Shown here one piece after another: positions 23,601-39,400 of a stretch of 64,000 bases of DNA. Numbering within the stretch: the first letter of the stretch is position 1; each line of letters begins with the position of its first letter. The notes under the pieces were generated by a model. The model was not told the DNA's origin. It saw only the letters and a list, made by a program, of their open reading frames with translations, and ran no database searches. The position numbers and the translations under genes were made by a program. Source of the DNA: Balanoglossus misakiensis (taxonomy: Eukaryota > Animalia > Hemichordata); NCBI GenBank assembly GCA_040954595.2, contig CM082594.2:6716840-6780839 (forward strand), written 5' to 3'.

Positions 23601-26600
23601 AACACAAGGCCCTACAACATCACTTGCTCCTGGAACAACAGTGACTCCAGGGACAACAGTAACTGAAGCACCAGTAACAACTGTATCAACACCAGAAGTG
23701 ACTTCTGTGCAGTCTACTGAAACACAAGGCCCTACAACAACACTTGCTCCTGCAACAACAGTGACTCCAGGGACAACGGTAACTGTACCACCAGTAACAA
23801 CTGTATCAACTCCAGAAGTGACTTCTGTGCAGTCTACAGAAACACAAGGCCCTACAACAACACTTGCTCCCGGAACAACAGTGACTCCAGGGACAACAGT
23901 AACTGAAGCACCAGTAACAACTGTATCAACACCAAAAGTGACTTCTGTGCAGTCGACAGAAACACAAGGCCCTACAACAACACTTGCTCCTGCAACAACA
24001 GTGACTCCAGGGACAACAGTTACTCAAGCACCAGTAACAACTGTATCAACACCAAAAGTGTCTTCTGTGCAGTCAACAGAAACACAAGGCCCTACAACAA
24101 CACTTGCTCCTGCAACAACATTGACTCCAGGGACAACAGTAACTGAAGCACCAGTAACAACTGTATCAACACCAAAAGTGACTTCTGTGCAGTCTACAGA
24201 AACACAAGGCCCTACAACAACACTTGCTCCTAGAACAACATTGACTCCAGGGACAACAGTAACTGAAGCACCAGTAACAACTGTATCAACACCAAAAGTG
24301 ACTTCTGTGCAGTCTACAAAAACACAAGGCCCTACAACAACACTTGTTCCTGGAACAACATTGACTCCAGGGACAACAATAACTGAACCACCAGTAACAA
24401 CTGTATCAACACCAAAAGTGACTTCTGTGCAGTCGACAGAAACACAAGGACCTACAACAACACTTGCTCCTGGAACAACATTGACTCCAGGGACAACAGT
24501 AACTGAAGCACCTGTAACAACTGTATCAACACCAAAAGTGACTTCTGTGCAGTCGACAAAAACACAAGGCCCTACAACAACACTTGCTCCTGGAACAACA
24601 GTGACTCCGGGGACAACAGTAACTGAAGTACCAGTAACAACTGTATCAACACCAAAAGTGACTTCTGTGCAGTCTACAGAAACACAAGGCCCTACAACAA
24701 CACTTGTTCCTGGAACAACAGTGACTCCAGGGACAACGGTAACTGAAGCACCAGTAACAACTGTATCAACACCAGAAGTGACTTCTGTGCAGTCGACAGA
24801 AAAACAAGGCCCTACAACAACACTTGCTCCTGGAACAACAGTGAGTCCAGGGACAACAGTAACTGAAGCACCAGTAACATCTGTATCAACACCAAAAGTG
24901 ACTTCTGTGCAGTCGACAGAAACACAAGGCCCTACAACAACACTTGCTCCTGCAACAACAGTGACTCCAGGGACAACAGTTACTCAAGCACCAGTAACAA
25001 CTGTATCAACACCAAAAGTGACTTCTGTGCAGTCGACAGAAACACAAGGCCCTACAACATCACTTGCTCCTGGAACAACAGTGACTCCGGGGACAACAGT
25101 AACTGAAGCACCAGTAACAACTGTATCAACACCAAAAGTGACTTCTGTGCAGTCTACAGAAACACAAGGCCCTACAACAACACTTGCTCCTGGAACAACA
25201 GTGACTCCAGGGACAACAGTAACTGAAGCACCAGTAACAACTGTATCAACACCAGAAGTGACTTCTGTGCAGTCGACAGAAACACAAGGCCCTACAACAA
25301 CACTTGCTCCTGGAACAACAGTGACTCCAGGGACAACAGTAACGGAAGCACCAGTAACAACTGTATCAACATTAAAAGTGACTTCTGTGCAGTCGACAGA
25401 AACACAAGGCCCTACAACAACACTTGTTCCTGGAACAACAGTGACTCCAGGGACAACAGTAACTGAAGCACCAGTAACAACTGTATCAACACCAAAAGTG
25501 ACTTCTGTGCAGTCGACAGAAACACAAGGCCCTACAACAACACTTGCTCCTAGAACAACATTGACTCCAGGGACAACAGTAACTGAAGCACCAGTAACAA
25601 CTGTATCAACACCAAAAGTGACTTCTGTGCAGTCAACAGAAACACAAGGCCCTACAACAACACTTGCTCCTGGAACAACAGTGACTCTGGGGACAACAGT
25701 AACTGAATCACCAGTAACAACTGTATCAACACCAAAAGTGACTTCTGTGCAGTCGACAGAAACACAAGGCCCTACAACAACACTTGTTCCTGGAACAACA
25801 GTGACTCCAGGGACAACAGTAACTGAAGCACCAGTAACAACTGTATCAACACCAGAAGTGACTTCTGTGCAGTCGACAGAAACACAAGGCCCTACAACAA
25901 CACTTGTTCCTGGAACAACAGTGACTCCAGGGACAACAGTAACTGAAGCACCAGTAACAACTGTATCAACTCCAGAAGTGACTTCTGTGCAGTCTACAGA
26001 AACACAAGGCCCTACAACAACACTTGCTCCTGGAACAACAGTGACTCCGGGGACAACAGTAACTGAATCACCAGTAACATCTGTATCAACACCAGAAGTG
26101 ACTTCTGTGCAGTCGACAGAAACACAAGGCCCTACAACAACACTTGTTCCTGGAACAACAGTGACTCCAGGGACAACAGTAACTGAAGCACCAGTAACAA
26201 CTGTATCAACACCAGAAGTGACTTCTGTGCAGTCGACAGAAACACAAGGCCCTACAACAACACTTGTTCCTGGAACAACAGTGACTCCAGGGACAACAGT
26301 AACTGAAGCACCAGTAACAACTGTATCAACATTAAAAGTGACTTCTGTGCAGTTTACAGAAACACAAGGCCCTACAACAACACTTGTTCCTGGAACAACA
26401 GTGACTCCAGGGACAACAGTAACTGAAGCACCAGTAACAACTGTATCAACACCAAAAGTGACTTCTGTGCAGTCGACAGAAACACAAGGCCCTACAACAA
26501 CACTTGCTCCTAGAACAACATTGACTCCAGGGACAACAGTAACTGAAGCACCAGTAACAACTGTATCAACACCAAAAGTGACTTCTGTGCAGTCAACAGA

Positions 26601-29600
26601 AACACAAGGCCCTACAACAACACTTGCTCCTGGAACAACAGTGACTCTGGGGACAACAGTAACTGAATCACCAGTAACAACTGTATCAACACCAAAAGTG
26701 ACTTCTGTGCAGTCGACAGAAACACAAGGCCCTACAACAACACTTGTTCCTGGAACAACAGTGACTCCAGGGACAACAGTAACTGAAGCACCAGTAACAA
26801 CTGTATCAACACCAGAAGTGACTTCTGTGCAGTCGACAGAAACACAAGGCCCTACAACAACACTTGTTCCTGGAACAACAGTGACTCCAGGGACAACAGT
26901 AACTGAAGCACCAGTAACAACTGTATCAACTCCAGAAGTGACTTCTGTGCAGTCTACAGAAACACAAGGCCCTACAACAACACTTGCTCCTGGAACAACA
27001 GTGACTCCGGGGACAACAGTAACTGAATCACCAGTAACATCTGTATCAACACCAAAAGTGACTTCTGTGCAGTCGACAGAAACACAAGGCCCTACAACAA
27101 CACTTGTTCCTGGAACAACAGTGACTCCGGGGACAACAGTAACTGAATCACCAGTAACATCTGTATCAACACCAGAAGTGACTTCTGTGCAGTCGACAGA
27201 AACACAAGGCCCTACAACAACACTTGTTCCTGGAACAACAGTGACTCCAGGGACAACAGTAACTGAAGCACCAGTAACAACTGTATCAACACCAGAAGTG
27301 ACTTCTGTGCAGTTTACAGAAACACAAGGCCCTACAACAACACTTGCTCCTGAAACAACAGTGACTCCGGGGACAACAGTAACTGAAGCACCAGAAACAA
27401 CTGTATCAACACCAACACTGACTTCTGTGCAGTCGACAGAAACACAAGGCCCCACAACAACACTTGCTCCTAGAACAACATTGACTCCAGGGACAACAGT
27501 GACTGAAGCACCAGTAACAACTGTATCAACACCAGAAGTGACTTCTGTGCAGTCGACAGAAACACAAGGCCCTACAACAACACTTGCTCCTGGAACAACA
27601 GTGACTCCGGGGACAACAGTAACTGAATCACCAGTAACATCTGTATCAACACCAGAAGTGACTTCTGTGCAGTCGACAGAAACACAAGGCCCTACAACAA
27701 CACTTGTTCCTGGAACAACAGTGACTCCAGGGACAACAGTAACTGAAGCACCAGTAACAACTGTATCAACACCAGAAGTGACTTCTGTGCAGTCGACAGA
27801 AACACAAGGCCCTACAACAACACTTGCTCCTGGAACAACAGTGACTCCAGGGACAACAGTAACTGAAGCACCAGTAACAACTGTATCAACACCAAAAGTG
27901 ACTTCTGTGCAGTTTACAGAAACACAAGGCCCTACAACAACACTTGCTCCTGCAACAACATTGACTCCAGGGACAACAGTTACTGAAGCACCAGTAACAA
28001 CTGTATCAACACCAAAAGTGACTTCTGTGCAATCGACAGAAACACAAGGCCCTACAACAACACTTGCTCCTGCAACAACAGTGACTCCAGGGACAACAGT
28101 TACTGAAGCACCAGTAACAACTGTATCAACACTAAAAGTGACTTCTGTGCAGTCGACAGAAACACAAGGCCCTACAACAACACTTGCTCCTGGAACAACA
28201 GTGACTCCAGGGACAACAGTAACTGAAGCACCAGTAACAACTGTATCAACACCAAAAGTGTCTTCTGTGCAGTCTACAGAAACACATGGCCCTAGAACAA
28301 CACTCGCTCCTGGAACAACAGTGACTCCAAGGACAACAGTAACTGAAGCACCAGTAACAACTGTATCAACACCAAAAGTGACTTCTGTGCAGTTTACAGA
28401 AATACAAGGCCCTACAACAACACTTGCTCCTGGAACAACAGTGACTCCAGGGACAACAGTAACTGAAGCACCAGTAACAACTGTATCAACACCAAAAGTG
28501 ACTTCTGTGCAGTCGACAGAAACACAAGGCCCTACAACAACACTTGCTCCTGGAACAACAGTGACTCCAGGGACAACAGTAACTGAAGCACCAGTAACAA
28601 CTGTATCAACACCAAAAGTGACTTCTGTGCAGTTTACAGAAACACAAGGCCCTACAACAACACTTGCTCCTGGAACAACAGTGACTCCAGGGACAACAGT
28701 AACTGAAGCACCAGTAACAACTGTATCAACACCAAAAGTGACTTCTGTGCAGGTAACAGAAACACAAGGCCCTACAACAACACTTGCTCCTGGAACAACA
28801 GTGACTCCAGGGACAACAGTAACTGAAGCACCAGTAACAACTGTATCAACACCAAAAGTGACTTCTGTGCAGTTTACAGAAACACAAGGCCCTACAACAA
28901 CACTTGTTCCTGGAACAACAGTGACTCCAGGGACAACAGTAACTGAAGCACCAGTAACAACTGTATCAACACCAGAAGTGACTTCTGTGCAGTCGACAGA
29001 AACACAAGGCCCTACAACAACACTTGCTCCTGGAACAACAGTGACTCCGGGGACAACAGTAACTGAATCACCAGTAACATCTGTATCAACACCAGAAGTG
29101 ACTTCTGTGCAGTCGACAGAAACACAAGGCCCTACAACAACACTTGTTCCTGGAACAACAGTGACTCCAGGGACAACAGTAACTGAAGCACCAGTAACAA
29201 CTGTATCAACACCAGAAGTGACTTCTGTGCAGTCGACAGAAACACAAGGCCCTACAACAACACTTGCTCCTGGAACAACAGCGACTCCAGGGACAACAGT
29301 AACTGAAGCACCAGTAACAACTGTATCAACACCAAAAGTGACTTCTGTGCAGTTTACAGAAACACAAGGCCCTACAACAACACTTGCTCCTGCAACAACA
29401 TTGACTCCAGGGACAACAGTTACTGAAGCACCAGTAACAACTGTATCAACACCAAAAGTGACTTCTATGCAGTCGACAGAAACACAAGGCCCCACAACAA
29501 CACTTGCTCCTGGAACAACATTGACTCCAGGGACAACGGTAACTGAAGCACCAGTAACAACTGTATCAACACCAAAAGTGACTTCTATGCAGTCGACAGA

Positions 29601-31525
29601 AACACAAGGCCCCACAACAACACTTGCTCCTGGAACAACATTGACTCCAGGGACAACGGTAACTGAAGCACCAGTAACAACTGTATCAACACCAAAAGTG
29701 ACTTCTGTGCAGTCGACAGAAACACAAGGCCCTACAACAACACTTGCTCCTGCAACAACAGTGACTCCAGGGACAACAGTAACTGAAGCACCAGTAACAA
29801 CTGTATCAACACCAAAAGTGACTTCTATGCTTTCGACAGAAACACAAGGCCCCACAACAACACTTGCTCCTGGAACAACATTGACTCCAGGGACAACGGT
29901 AACTGAAGCACCAGTAACAACTGTATCAACACCAAAAGTGACTTCTGTGCAGTCTACAGCAACACAAGGCCCTACAACAACACTTGCTCCTGGAAGAACA
30001 GTGACTCCAGGGACAACAGTAACTGAAGCACCAGTAACAACTGTATCAACACCAAAAGTGTCTTCTGTGCAGTCTACAGAAACACAAGGCCCTACAACAA
30101 CACTTGCTCCTGGAACAACAGTGACTCCAGGGACAACAGTAACTGAAGCACCAGTTACAACTGCATCAACACCAAGAGTGACTTCTGTGCAGTTTACTGA
30201 AACACAAGGCCCTACTACAACATTTGTTCCTGGAACAACAGTGACTCCAGGGACAACAGTAACTGAAGCACTTGTAACTACTGTATCAACACAAGAAGCG
30301 ACTTCTGTGCAGTCTACTGAAACAAAAGGCCCTACAACAACACTTGCTCCTGGAACAACAGTGACTCCAGGGACAACAGTAACTGAAGCACCAGTAACAA
30401 CTGTATCAACACCAAAAGTGACTTCTGTGCAGTCGACAGAAACACAAGGCCCTACAACAACACTTGCTCCTGCAACAACAGTGACTCCAGGGACAACAGT
30501 AACTGAAGCACCAGTAACAACTGTATCAACACCAAAAGTGACTTCTATGCTTTCGACAGAAACACAAGGCCCCACAACAACACTTGCTCCTGGAACAACA
30601 TTGACTCCAGGGACAACGGTAACTGAAGCACCAGTAACAACTGTATCAACACCAAAAGTGACTTCTGTGCAGTCTACAGCAACACAAGGCCCTACAACAA
30701 CACTTGCTCCTGGAAGAACAGTGACTCCAGGGACAACAGTAACTGAAGCACCAGTAACAACTGTATCAACACCAAAAGTGTCTTCTGTGCAGTCTACAGA
30801 AACACAAGGCCCTACAACAACACTTGCTCCTGGAACAACAGTGACTCCAGGGACAACAGTAACTGAAGCACCAGTTACAACTGCATCAACACCAAGAGTG
30901 ACTTCTGTGCAGTTTACTGAAACACAAGGCCCTACTACAACATTTGTTCCTGGAACAACAGTGACTCCAGGGACAACAGTAACTGAAGCACTTGTAACTA
31001 CTGTATCAACACAAGAAGCGACTTCTGTGCAGTCTACTGAAACAAAAGGCCCTACAACAACACTTGCTCCTGGAACAACAGTGACTCCAGGGACAACAGT
31101 AACTGAAGCACCAGTAACAACTGTATCAACACCAAAAGTGACTTCTGTGCAGTCGACAGAAACACAAGGCCCTACAACAACACTTGCTCCTGCAACAACA
31201 GTGACTCCAGGGACAACAGTTACTGAAGCACCAGTAACAACTGTATCAACACCAAAAGTGACTTCTGTGCAGTCGACAGAAACACAAGGCCCTACAACAA
31301 CACTTGCTCCTCGAACTACTGTGACTCCGGGGACAACAGTAACTGAAGCACCAGTAACAACTGTATCAACACCAAAAGTGACTTCTGTGCAGTCGACAGA
31401 AACACAAGGCCCTACAACAACACCTGCTCCTGGAACAACAGTGACTCCAGGGATAATAGTGACTACGAGTCCAGTAGCATTGGTGTCAACAACACAGCCA
31501 CTGATATCTGGGAATACAGCAACAG
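17660..31525 (+). CDS. Giant mucin exon B (~4622 codons) of the 40-aa repeat
   Basis: ttatatttcaacag|TA ACA GCA and donor GCA ACA G|gtaacg. Open frame (ORF 17698..31575). Confidence 0.88.
17690..31460 (+). repeat. 120-bp coding minisatellite array B, ~115 units, no indels
   Basis: Constant register of period 120 from 17701 to 31441. Confidence 0.97.
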
Positions 31526-32584
31526 GTAACGTAGATTTAATAATGAAGACGTTTTTAACAATTGTCCAATTGTAGAAAGTAAACTTGGACAATACTTCAT
31601 GACTATTGATTAAATGCTTGTATTGAGAAAGATGAATTTTTTGTTATAGGTAGATTACAGACTGGTCATCAATCATAATATAAAACATCTTGTGCGATCA
31701 ACATCTTGGTGCCCTATTTTTAGAACTTTATTAAAAGGACAATGTCACTACTATTGTCAATTTACTAACTTTATTTCCTGTGATACATTCCCATGTGTTC
31801 ATGTCAATTGAATTTGTCAAAATGTTGTCATGGGTGCATTTATGTTTTTTTGTATATAGTCATTATTTATGTTCTGAATTGTATGTAAAGCAGAATCAAA
31901 ATTTCAAAATATGTTCACCTTCAGACAACTGCATGCACATAACGTGTGAAATAACTGCATGCTCTTAATGTGTGAGTGATGGTCACTCTCGCTGGCATAG
32001 ACACAATTATGCCAACAAAGCATTATGACCATCATGACAAGATTGCTTCATTCATAAAAATTCACAGACTGCATAGCGCTCTTGCCGACTGCATGCATTA
32101 TTTGCGAAAGATTCTGCGTTCAGTTTTTTTGTGCAAAGCAAGTAGAAGATTAATTTCTCACTCACCTTGTTTACATAATATAAAATGTAAACATTTAAGG
32201 TTATAGTATGTTGTTTTATTCCAATATTAAATGAATGCCAGAATTGACTTCACGTCATATATCCCTGATGTAGGTAAATCAAAATTGTGTCTTTTCTGAT
32301 CTTTTGTTAATTTCCATGAGAATTGCGATCAGTCATTCTGATTAGTTACATGTCAAACACACAGATATTTATCACACACTATTTCATTCATGCAAAGACA
32401 TATTGAACAAAATTTCTGAGTGAGAAATTGAGGCTCTGCTCCTGCATGGCGTTGCGTGTGCATTTTGCAATTTGCGAATAGGAACATAGACGGCTTCTGT
32501 AGTTAGCAGCATGATATTGTATACTGCACAGCGTTGCGTTGCATAACACGCGTTCCGAAACACGTCGCTTAAGTGTTTGCACAG

Positions 32585-32628
32585 TAATGGATAATCACCT
32601 TTTGCTCAAGTCGGTTGACTTCACTTGG
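32585..32628 (+). other. Candidate 44-nt frame-shifting exon, copy 2 (VMDNHLLLKSVDFTW)
   Basis: tttgcacag|TAATGG … TTCACTTGG|gtaagt. One change versus copy 1 (TTT>TTC, synonymous in this frame). Confidence 0.5.
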
Positions 32629-32936
32629 GTAAGTACCAAAACATATATACATTTGTACTCTGCACAGTTTAGATGTATCATGTGATTTTCATTGAAGTAC
32701 ATAATTAGATCATAGAATGACATTTATTGTCATCACAAAACCATTCATTGTATCCAACAGCAATGCAATTAAGAACTTAATTCGTATAAACTTAAATGCA
32801 GTAACAGCAATATTTCAAAACTTATAATGCCCAGTAAGTATCAAGAAATTTAAAGAAATGTGTCTAGTGTTAATTGAAAATTATACCAATTCACATCATG
32901 GTCACAAGTAACACATTCTGACCACTTTTGTTGTAG

Positions 32937-32972
32937 GTTTATCAAAAACACTGACAGGCTCCTCAGTCTCAG
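32937..32972 (+). CDS. 36-nt microexon, copy 2 (GLSKTLTGSSVS)
   Basis: ttttgttgtag|GTTTATC … GTCTCAG|gtaaat. Confidence 0.7.
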
Positions 32973-33434
32973 GTAAATATACACCAACCATACATATGTT
33001 CATTCCAGCAGCCTCATGCAAAGAAACAAGGGTATAGTACTTACTGACAATCTGACTAGCCTCTTCTTGATCACAAAACAGCAAATTCATTTAGAAGAAC
33101 ACACAGGAAACACCTGTCTTTAAAATAAAAATAAATAACTGTAAGGCAATGCATTGTTCTACTCATGAAATTCTGCCTGTTACTACTTTTTTATATTTCG
33201 GTATTCCTGTCAACATTATTTACACACCGCCAATACACATCTGGGAATATTCATAGGAAAGGTGTTAATTTAATGACCACAATTGATAGATAGGAAAGAT
33301 ATTTATTTAAAGACCACATTAGTTCATAAGTATCATATTTTCCTAAAAGTTTACTTCAACAATATATGAGTATTATTTAATTTTTGCATAATATTATATG
33401 GCTTCCCTTATATTTTATGAACCTATAACTACAG

Positions 33435-36400
33435 GACCTACACAATCAACTGGATCAACACCAAAACTGACTTCTGTGCAGTCTACAGAAACACAAGGCC
33501 CTACAACAACACTTGCTCCTGGAACAACATTGACTCCAGGGACAATAGTAACTGAAGCACCAGTAACAACTGTTTCAATACCAAAAGTGACTTCTGTGCA
33601 GTCTACAGAAACACAAGGCCCTACAACAACACTTGCTCCTGGAACAACAGTGACTCCAGGGACAACAGTAACTGAAGCACCAGTAACAACTGTATCAACA
33701 CCAAAAGTGACTTCTGTGCAGTCTACAGAAACACAAGGCCCTACAACAACACTTGCTCCTGGAACAACAGTGACTCCAGGGACAACAGTAACTGAAGCAC
33801 CAGTAACAACTGTATCAACACCAAAAGTGACTTCCGTGCAGTCTACAGAAACACAAGGCCCTACAACAACACTTGCTCCTGGAACAACATTGACTCCAGG
33901 GACAATAGTAACTGAAGCACCAGTAACAACTGTTTCAATACCAAAAGTGACTTCTGTGCAGTCAACAGAAACACAAGGCCCTACAACAACACTTGCTCCT
34001 GGAACAACATTGACTCCAGGGACAGCAGTGACTGAAGCACCAGTTACAACTGTATCAACACCAAAAGTGACTTCCGTGCAGTCTACAGAAACACAAGGCC
34101 CTACAACAACACTTGCTCCTGGAACAACATTGACTCCAGGGACAACAGTAACTGAAGCACCAGTAACAACTGTATCAACAACAGAAGTGACTTCTGTGCA
34201 TTCTACAGAAACACAAGGCCCTACAACAACACTTGCTCCTGGAACAACATTGACTCCGGGGACAACAGTAACTGAAGCACCAGTAACAACTGTATCAACA
34301 ACAGAAGTGACTTCTGTGCATTCTACAGAAACACAAGGCCCTACAACAACACTTGCTCCTGGAACAACATTGACTCCAGGGACAACAGTGACTAAAGCAC
34401 CAGTAACAACTGTTTCAACACCAGAAGTGACTTCTGTGCAGTCTACAGAAACACAAGGCCCTACAACAACACTTGCTCCTGGAACAACATTGACTCCAGG
34501 AACAACAGTGACTGAAGCACCAGTAACAACTGTTTCAACACCAGAAGTGACTTCTGTGCAGTCTACAGAAACACAAGGCCCTACAACAACACTTGCTCCT
34601 GGAACAACACTGACTGAAGCACCAGTTACAACTGTATCAACACCAAAAGTAACTTCTGTGCATTCTGCAGAAACACAAGGCCCTACAACAAAACTTACTC
34701 CTGGAACAACAGTGACTCCAGGGACAACAGTGACTGAAGCACCAGTTACAACTGTATCAACACCAAAAGTGACTTCCGTGCAGTCTACAGAAACACAAGG
34801 CCCTACAACAACACTTGCTCCTGGAACAACAGTGACTCCGGGGACAACAGTAACTGAAGCACCAGTAACAACTGTACCAACACCAGAAGTGACTTCTGTG
34901 CAGTCGACAGAAACACAAGGCCCCACAACAACACTTGCTCCTAGAACAACATCGACTCCAGGGACAACAGTGACTGAAGCACCAGTTACAACTGTATCAA
35001 CACCAAAAGTGACATCTGTGCAGTCGACAGAAACACAAGGCCCCACAACAACACTTGCTCCTAGAACAACATTAACTCCAGGGACAACAGTGACTGAAGC
35101 ACCAGTTACAACTGTATCAACACCAAAAGTGACTTCTGTGCAGTCGACAGAAACACAAGGCCCCACAACAACACTTGCTCCTAGAACAACATTGACTCCA
35201 GGGACAACAGTGACTGAAGCACCAGTAACAACTGTATCAACACCAAAAGTGACTTCTGTACAGTCGACAGAAACACAAGGCCCCACAACAACACTTGCTC
35301 CTAGAACAACATTGACTCCAGGGACAACAGTGACTGAAGCACCAGTAACAACTGTATCGACACCAAAAGTGACTTCTGTGCAGTCTACTGAAACACAAGG
35401 CCCTACTACAACACTTGCTCCTAGAACAACATTGACTCCAGGGACAACAGTGACTGAAGCTCTAGTAACAACTGTATCAACACCAGAAGTGACTTCTGTG
35501 CAGTCGACAGAAACACAAGGCCCCACAACAACACTTGCTCCTAGAACAACATTGACTCCAGGGACAACAGTGACTGAAGCACCAGTTACAACTGTATCAA
35601 CACCGAAAGTTACTTCTGTGCAGTCGACAGAAACACAAGGCCCTACAACAACACTTGCTCATGGAACAACATTGACTCCGGGGACAACAGTAACTGAAGC
35701 ACCAGTAACAACTGTATCAACACCAGAAGTGACTTCTGTGCAGTCTACAGAAACACAAGGCCCTACAACAACACTTGCTCCTGGAACTACAGTGACTCCA
35801 GGGACAACAGTAACTGAAGCACCAGTAACAACTGTTTCAACACCAGAAGTGACTTCTGTGCAGTCTACAGAAACACAAGGCCCTACAACAACACTTGCTC
35901 CTGGAACTACAGTGACTCCAGGGACAACAGTAACTAAAACACCAGTAACAACTGTTTTAACACCAGAAGTGACTTCTGTGCAGTCGACAGAAACACAAGG
36001 CCCTACAACAACACTTGCTCCTGGAACAACAGTGACTGAAGCACCAGTTACAACTGTATCAACACCAAAAGTGACTTCTGTGCATTCTACGGAAACACAA
36101 GGCCCTACAACAACACTTGCTCCTAGAACAACATTGACTCCAGGGACAACAGTGACTGAAGCACCAGTAACAACTGTATCAACACCAAAAGTGACTTCTG
36201 TGCAGTCGACAGAAACACAAGGCCCCACAACAACACTTGCTCCTAGAACAACATTGACTCCAGGGACAACAGTGACTGAAGCACCAGTTGCAACTGTATC
36301 AACACCAAAAGTAACTTCTGTGCAGTCTACAGAAACACAAGGCCCCACAACAACACTTACTCCTAGAACAACATTGACTCCAGGGACAACAGTGACTGAA

Positions 36401-39400
36401 GCAACAGTTACAACTGTAACAACACCAAAAGTGACTTCTGTGCAGTCGACAGAAACACAAGGCCCAACAACAACACTTGCTCCTAGAACAACATTGACTC
36501 CAGGGACAACAGTGACTGAAGCACCAGTTACAACTGTATCAACACCAAAAGTGACTTCTGTGCAGTCTACAGAAACACAAGGCCCTACAACAACACTTTC
36601 TCCTGGAACAACAGTGACTCCGGGGACAACAGTAACTGAAGCACCAGTAACAACTGTATCAACACCAAAAGTGACTTCTGTGCAGTCTATAGAAACACAA
36701 GGCCCTACAACAACACTTGCTCCTGGAACAACAGTGACTCCAGGGACAACAGTAACTGAAGCACCAGTAACAACTGTTTCAACATCAGAAGTGACTTCTG
36801 TGCAGTCTACAGAAACACAAGGCCCTACAACAACACTTGCTCCTGGAACAACAGTGACTGAAGCACCAGTTACAACTGTATCAACACCAAAAGTGACTTC
36901 TGTGCAGTCGACAGAAACACAAGGCCCCACAACAGCACTTGCTCCTAGAACAACATTGACTCCAGGGACAACAGTGACTGAAGCACCAGTAACAACTGTA
37001 TCAACACCAAAAGTGACTTCTGTGCAGTCTACAGAAACACAAGGCCCTACAACAATAATTCCTCCTGGAACTACGGTGACTCCAGGGACAACAGTAACTG
37101 AAGCACCAGTTACAACTGTACCAACACCAAAAGTGACTTCTGTGCAGTCTACAGAAACACAAGGCCCTACAACAATAATTCCTCCTGGAACTACGGTGAC
37201 TCCAGGGACAACAGTAACTGAAGCACCAGTAACAACTGTATCAACACCAAAAGTGACTTCTGTGCAGTCTACAGAAACACAAGGCCCAACAACAACACTT
37301 GCTCCTAGAACAACATTGACTCCAGGGACAACAGTGACTGAAGCACCAGTTACAACTGTATCAACACCAAAAGTGACTTCTGTGCAGTCTACAGAAACAC
37401 AAGGCCCTACAACAACACTTTCTCCTGGAACAACAGTGACTCCGGGGACAACAGTAACTGAAGCACCAGTAACAACTGTATCAACACCAAAAGTGACTTC
37501 TGTGCAGTCTATAGAAACACAAGGCCCTACAACAACACTTGCTCCTGGAACAACAGTGACTCCAGGGACAACAGTAACTGAAGCACCAGTAACAACTGTT
37601 TCAACACCAGAAGTGACTTCTGTGCAGTCTACAGAAACACAAGGCCCTACAACAACACTTGCTCCTGGAACAACAGTGACTGAAGCACCAGTTACAACTG
37701 TATCAACACCAAAAGTGACTTCTGTGCAGTCGACAGAAACACAAGGCCCTACAACAACACTTGCTCCTGGAACAACATTGACTCCAGGTACAACAGTAAC
37801 TGAAGCACCAGTAACAACTGTATCAACACCAGAAGTGACTTCTGTGCAGTCTACAGAAACACAAGGCCCAACAACAACACTTGCTCCTAGAACAACATTG
37901 ACTCCAGGGACAACAGTGACTGAAGCACCAGTTACAACTGTATCAACACCAAAAGTGACTTCTGTGCAGTCTACAGAAACACAAGGCCCTACAACAACAC
38001 TTTCTCCTGGAACAACAGTGACTCCGGGGACAACAGTAACTGAAGCACCAGTAACAACTGTATCAACACCAAAAGTGACTTCTGTGCAGTCTATAGAAAC
38101 ACAAGGCCCTACAACAACACTTGCTCCTGGAACAACAGTGACTCCAGGGACAACAGTAACTGAAGCACCAGTAACAACTGTTTCAACATCAGAAGTGACT
38201 TCTGTGCAGTCTACAGAAACACAAGGCCCTACAACAACACTTGCTCCTGGAACAACAGTGACTGAAGCACCAGTTACAACTGTATCAACACCAAAAGTGA
38301 CTTCTGTGCAGTCGACAGAAACACAAGGCCCCACAACAGCACTTGCTCCTAGAACAACATTGACTCCAGGGACAACAGTGACTGAAGCACCAGTAACAAC
38401 TGTATCAACACCAAAAGTGACTTCTGTGCAGTCTACAGAAACACAAGGCCCTACAACAATAATTCCTCCTGGAACTACGGTGACTCCAGGGACAACAGTA
38501 ACTGAAGCACCAGTTACAACTGTACCAACACCAAAAGTGACTTCTGTGCAGTCTACAGAAACACAAGGCCCTACAACAACACTTTCTCCTGGAACAACAG
38601 TGACTCCGGGGACAACAGTAACTGAAGCACCAGTAACAACTGTATCAACACCAAAAGTGACTTCTGTGCAGTCTATAGAAACACAAGGCCCTACAACAAC
38701 ACTTGCTCCTGGAACAACAGTGACTCCAGGGACAACAGTAACTGAAGCACCAGTAACAACTGTTTCAACATCAGAAGTGACTTCTGTGCAGTCTACAGAA
38801 ACACAAGGCCCTACAACAACACTTGCTCCTGGAACAACAGTGACTGAAGCACCAGTTACAACTGTATCAACACCAAAAGTGACTTCTGTGCAGTCGACAG
38901 AAACACAAGGCCCCACAACAGCACTTGCTCCTAGAACAACATTGACTCCAGGGACAACAGTGACTGAAGCACCAGTAACAACTGTATCAACACCAAAAGT
39001 GACTTCTGTGCAGTCTACAGAAACACAAGGCCCTACAACAATAATTCCTCCTGGAACTACGGTGACTCCAGGGACAACAGTAACTGAAGCACCAGTTACA
39101 ACTGTACCAACACCAAAAGTGACTTCTGTGCAGTCTACAGAAACACAAGGCCCTACAACAATAATTCCTCCTGGAACTACGGTGACTCCAGGGACAACAG
39201 TAACTGAAGCACCAGTAACAACTGTATCAACACCAAAAGTGACTTCTGTGCAGTCTACAGAAACACAAGGCCCAACAACAACACTTGCTCCTAGAACAAC
39301 ATTGACTCCAGGGACAACAGTGACTGAAGCACCAGTTACAACTGTATCAACACCAAAAGTGACTTCTGTGCAGTCTACAGAAACACAAGGCCCTACAACA

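Larger units (their letters stand above)
31526..33434 (+). repeat. Paralogous intronic spacer, copy 2
   Basis: Collinear homology to spacers 1 and 3. Confidence 0.92.
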
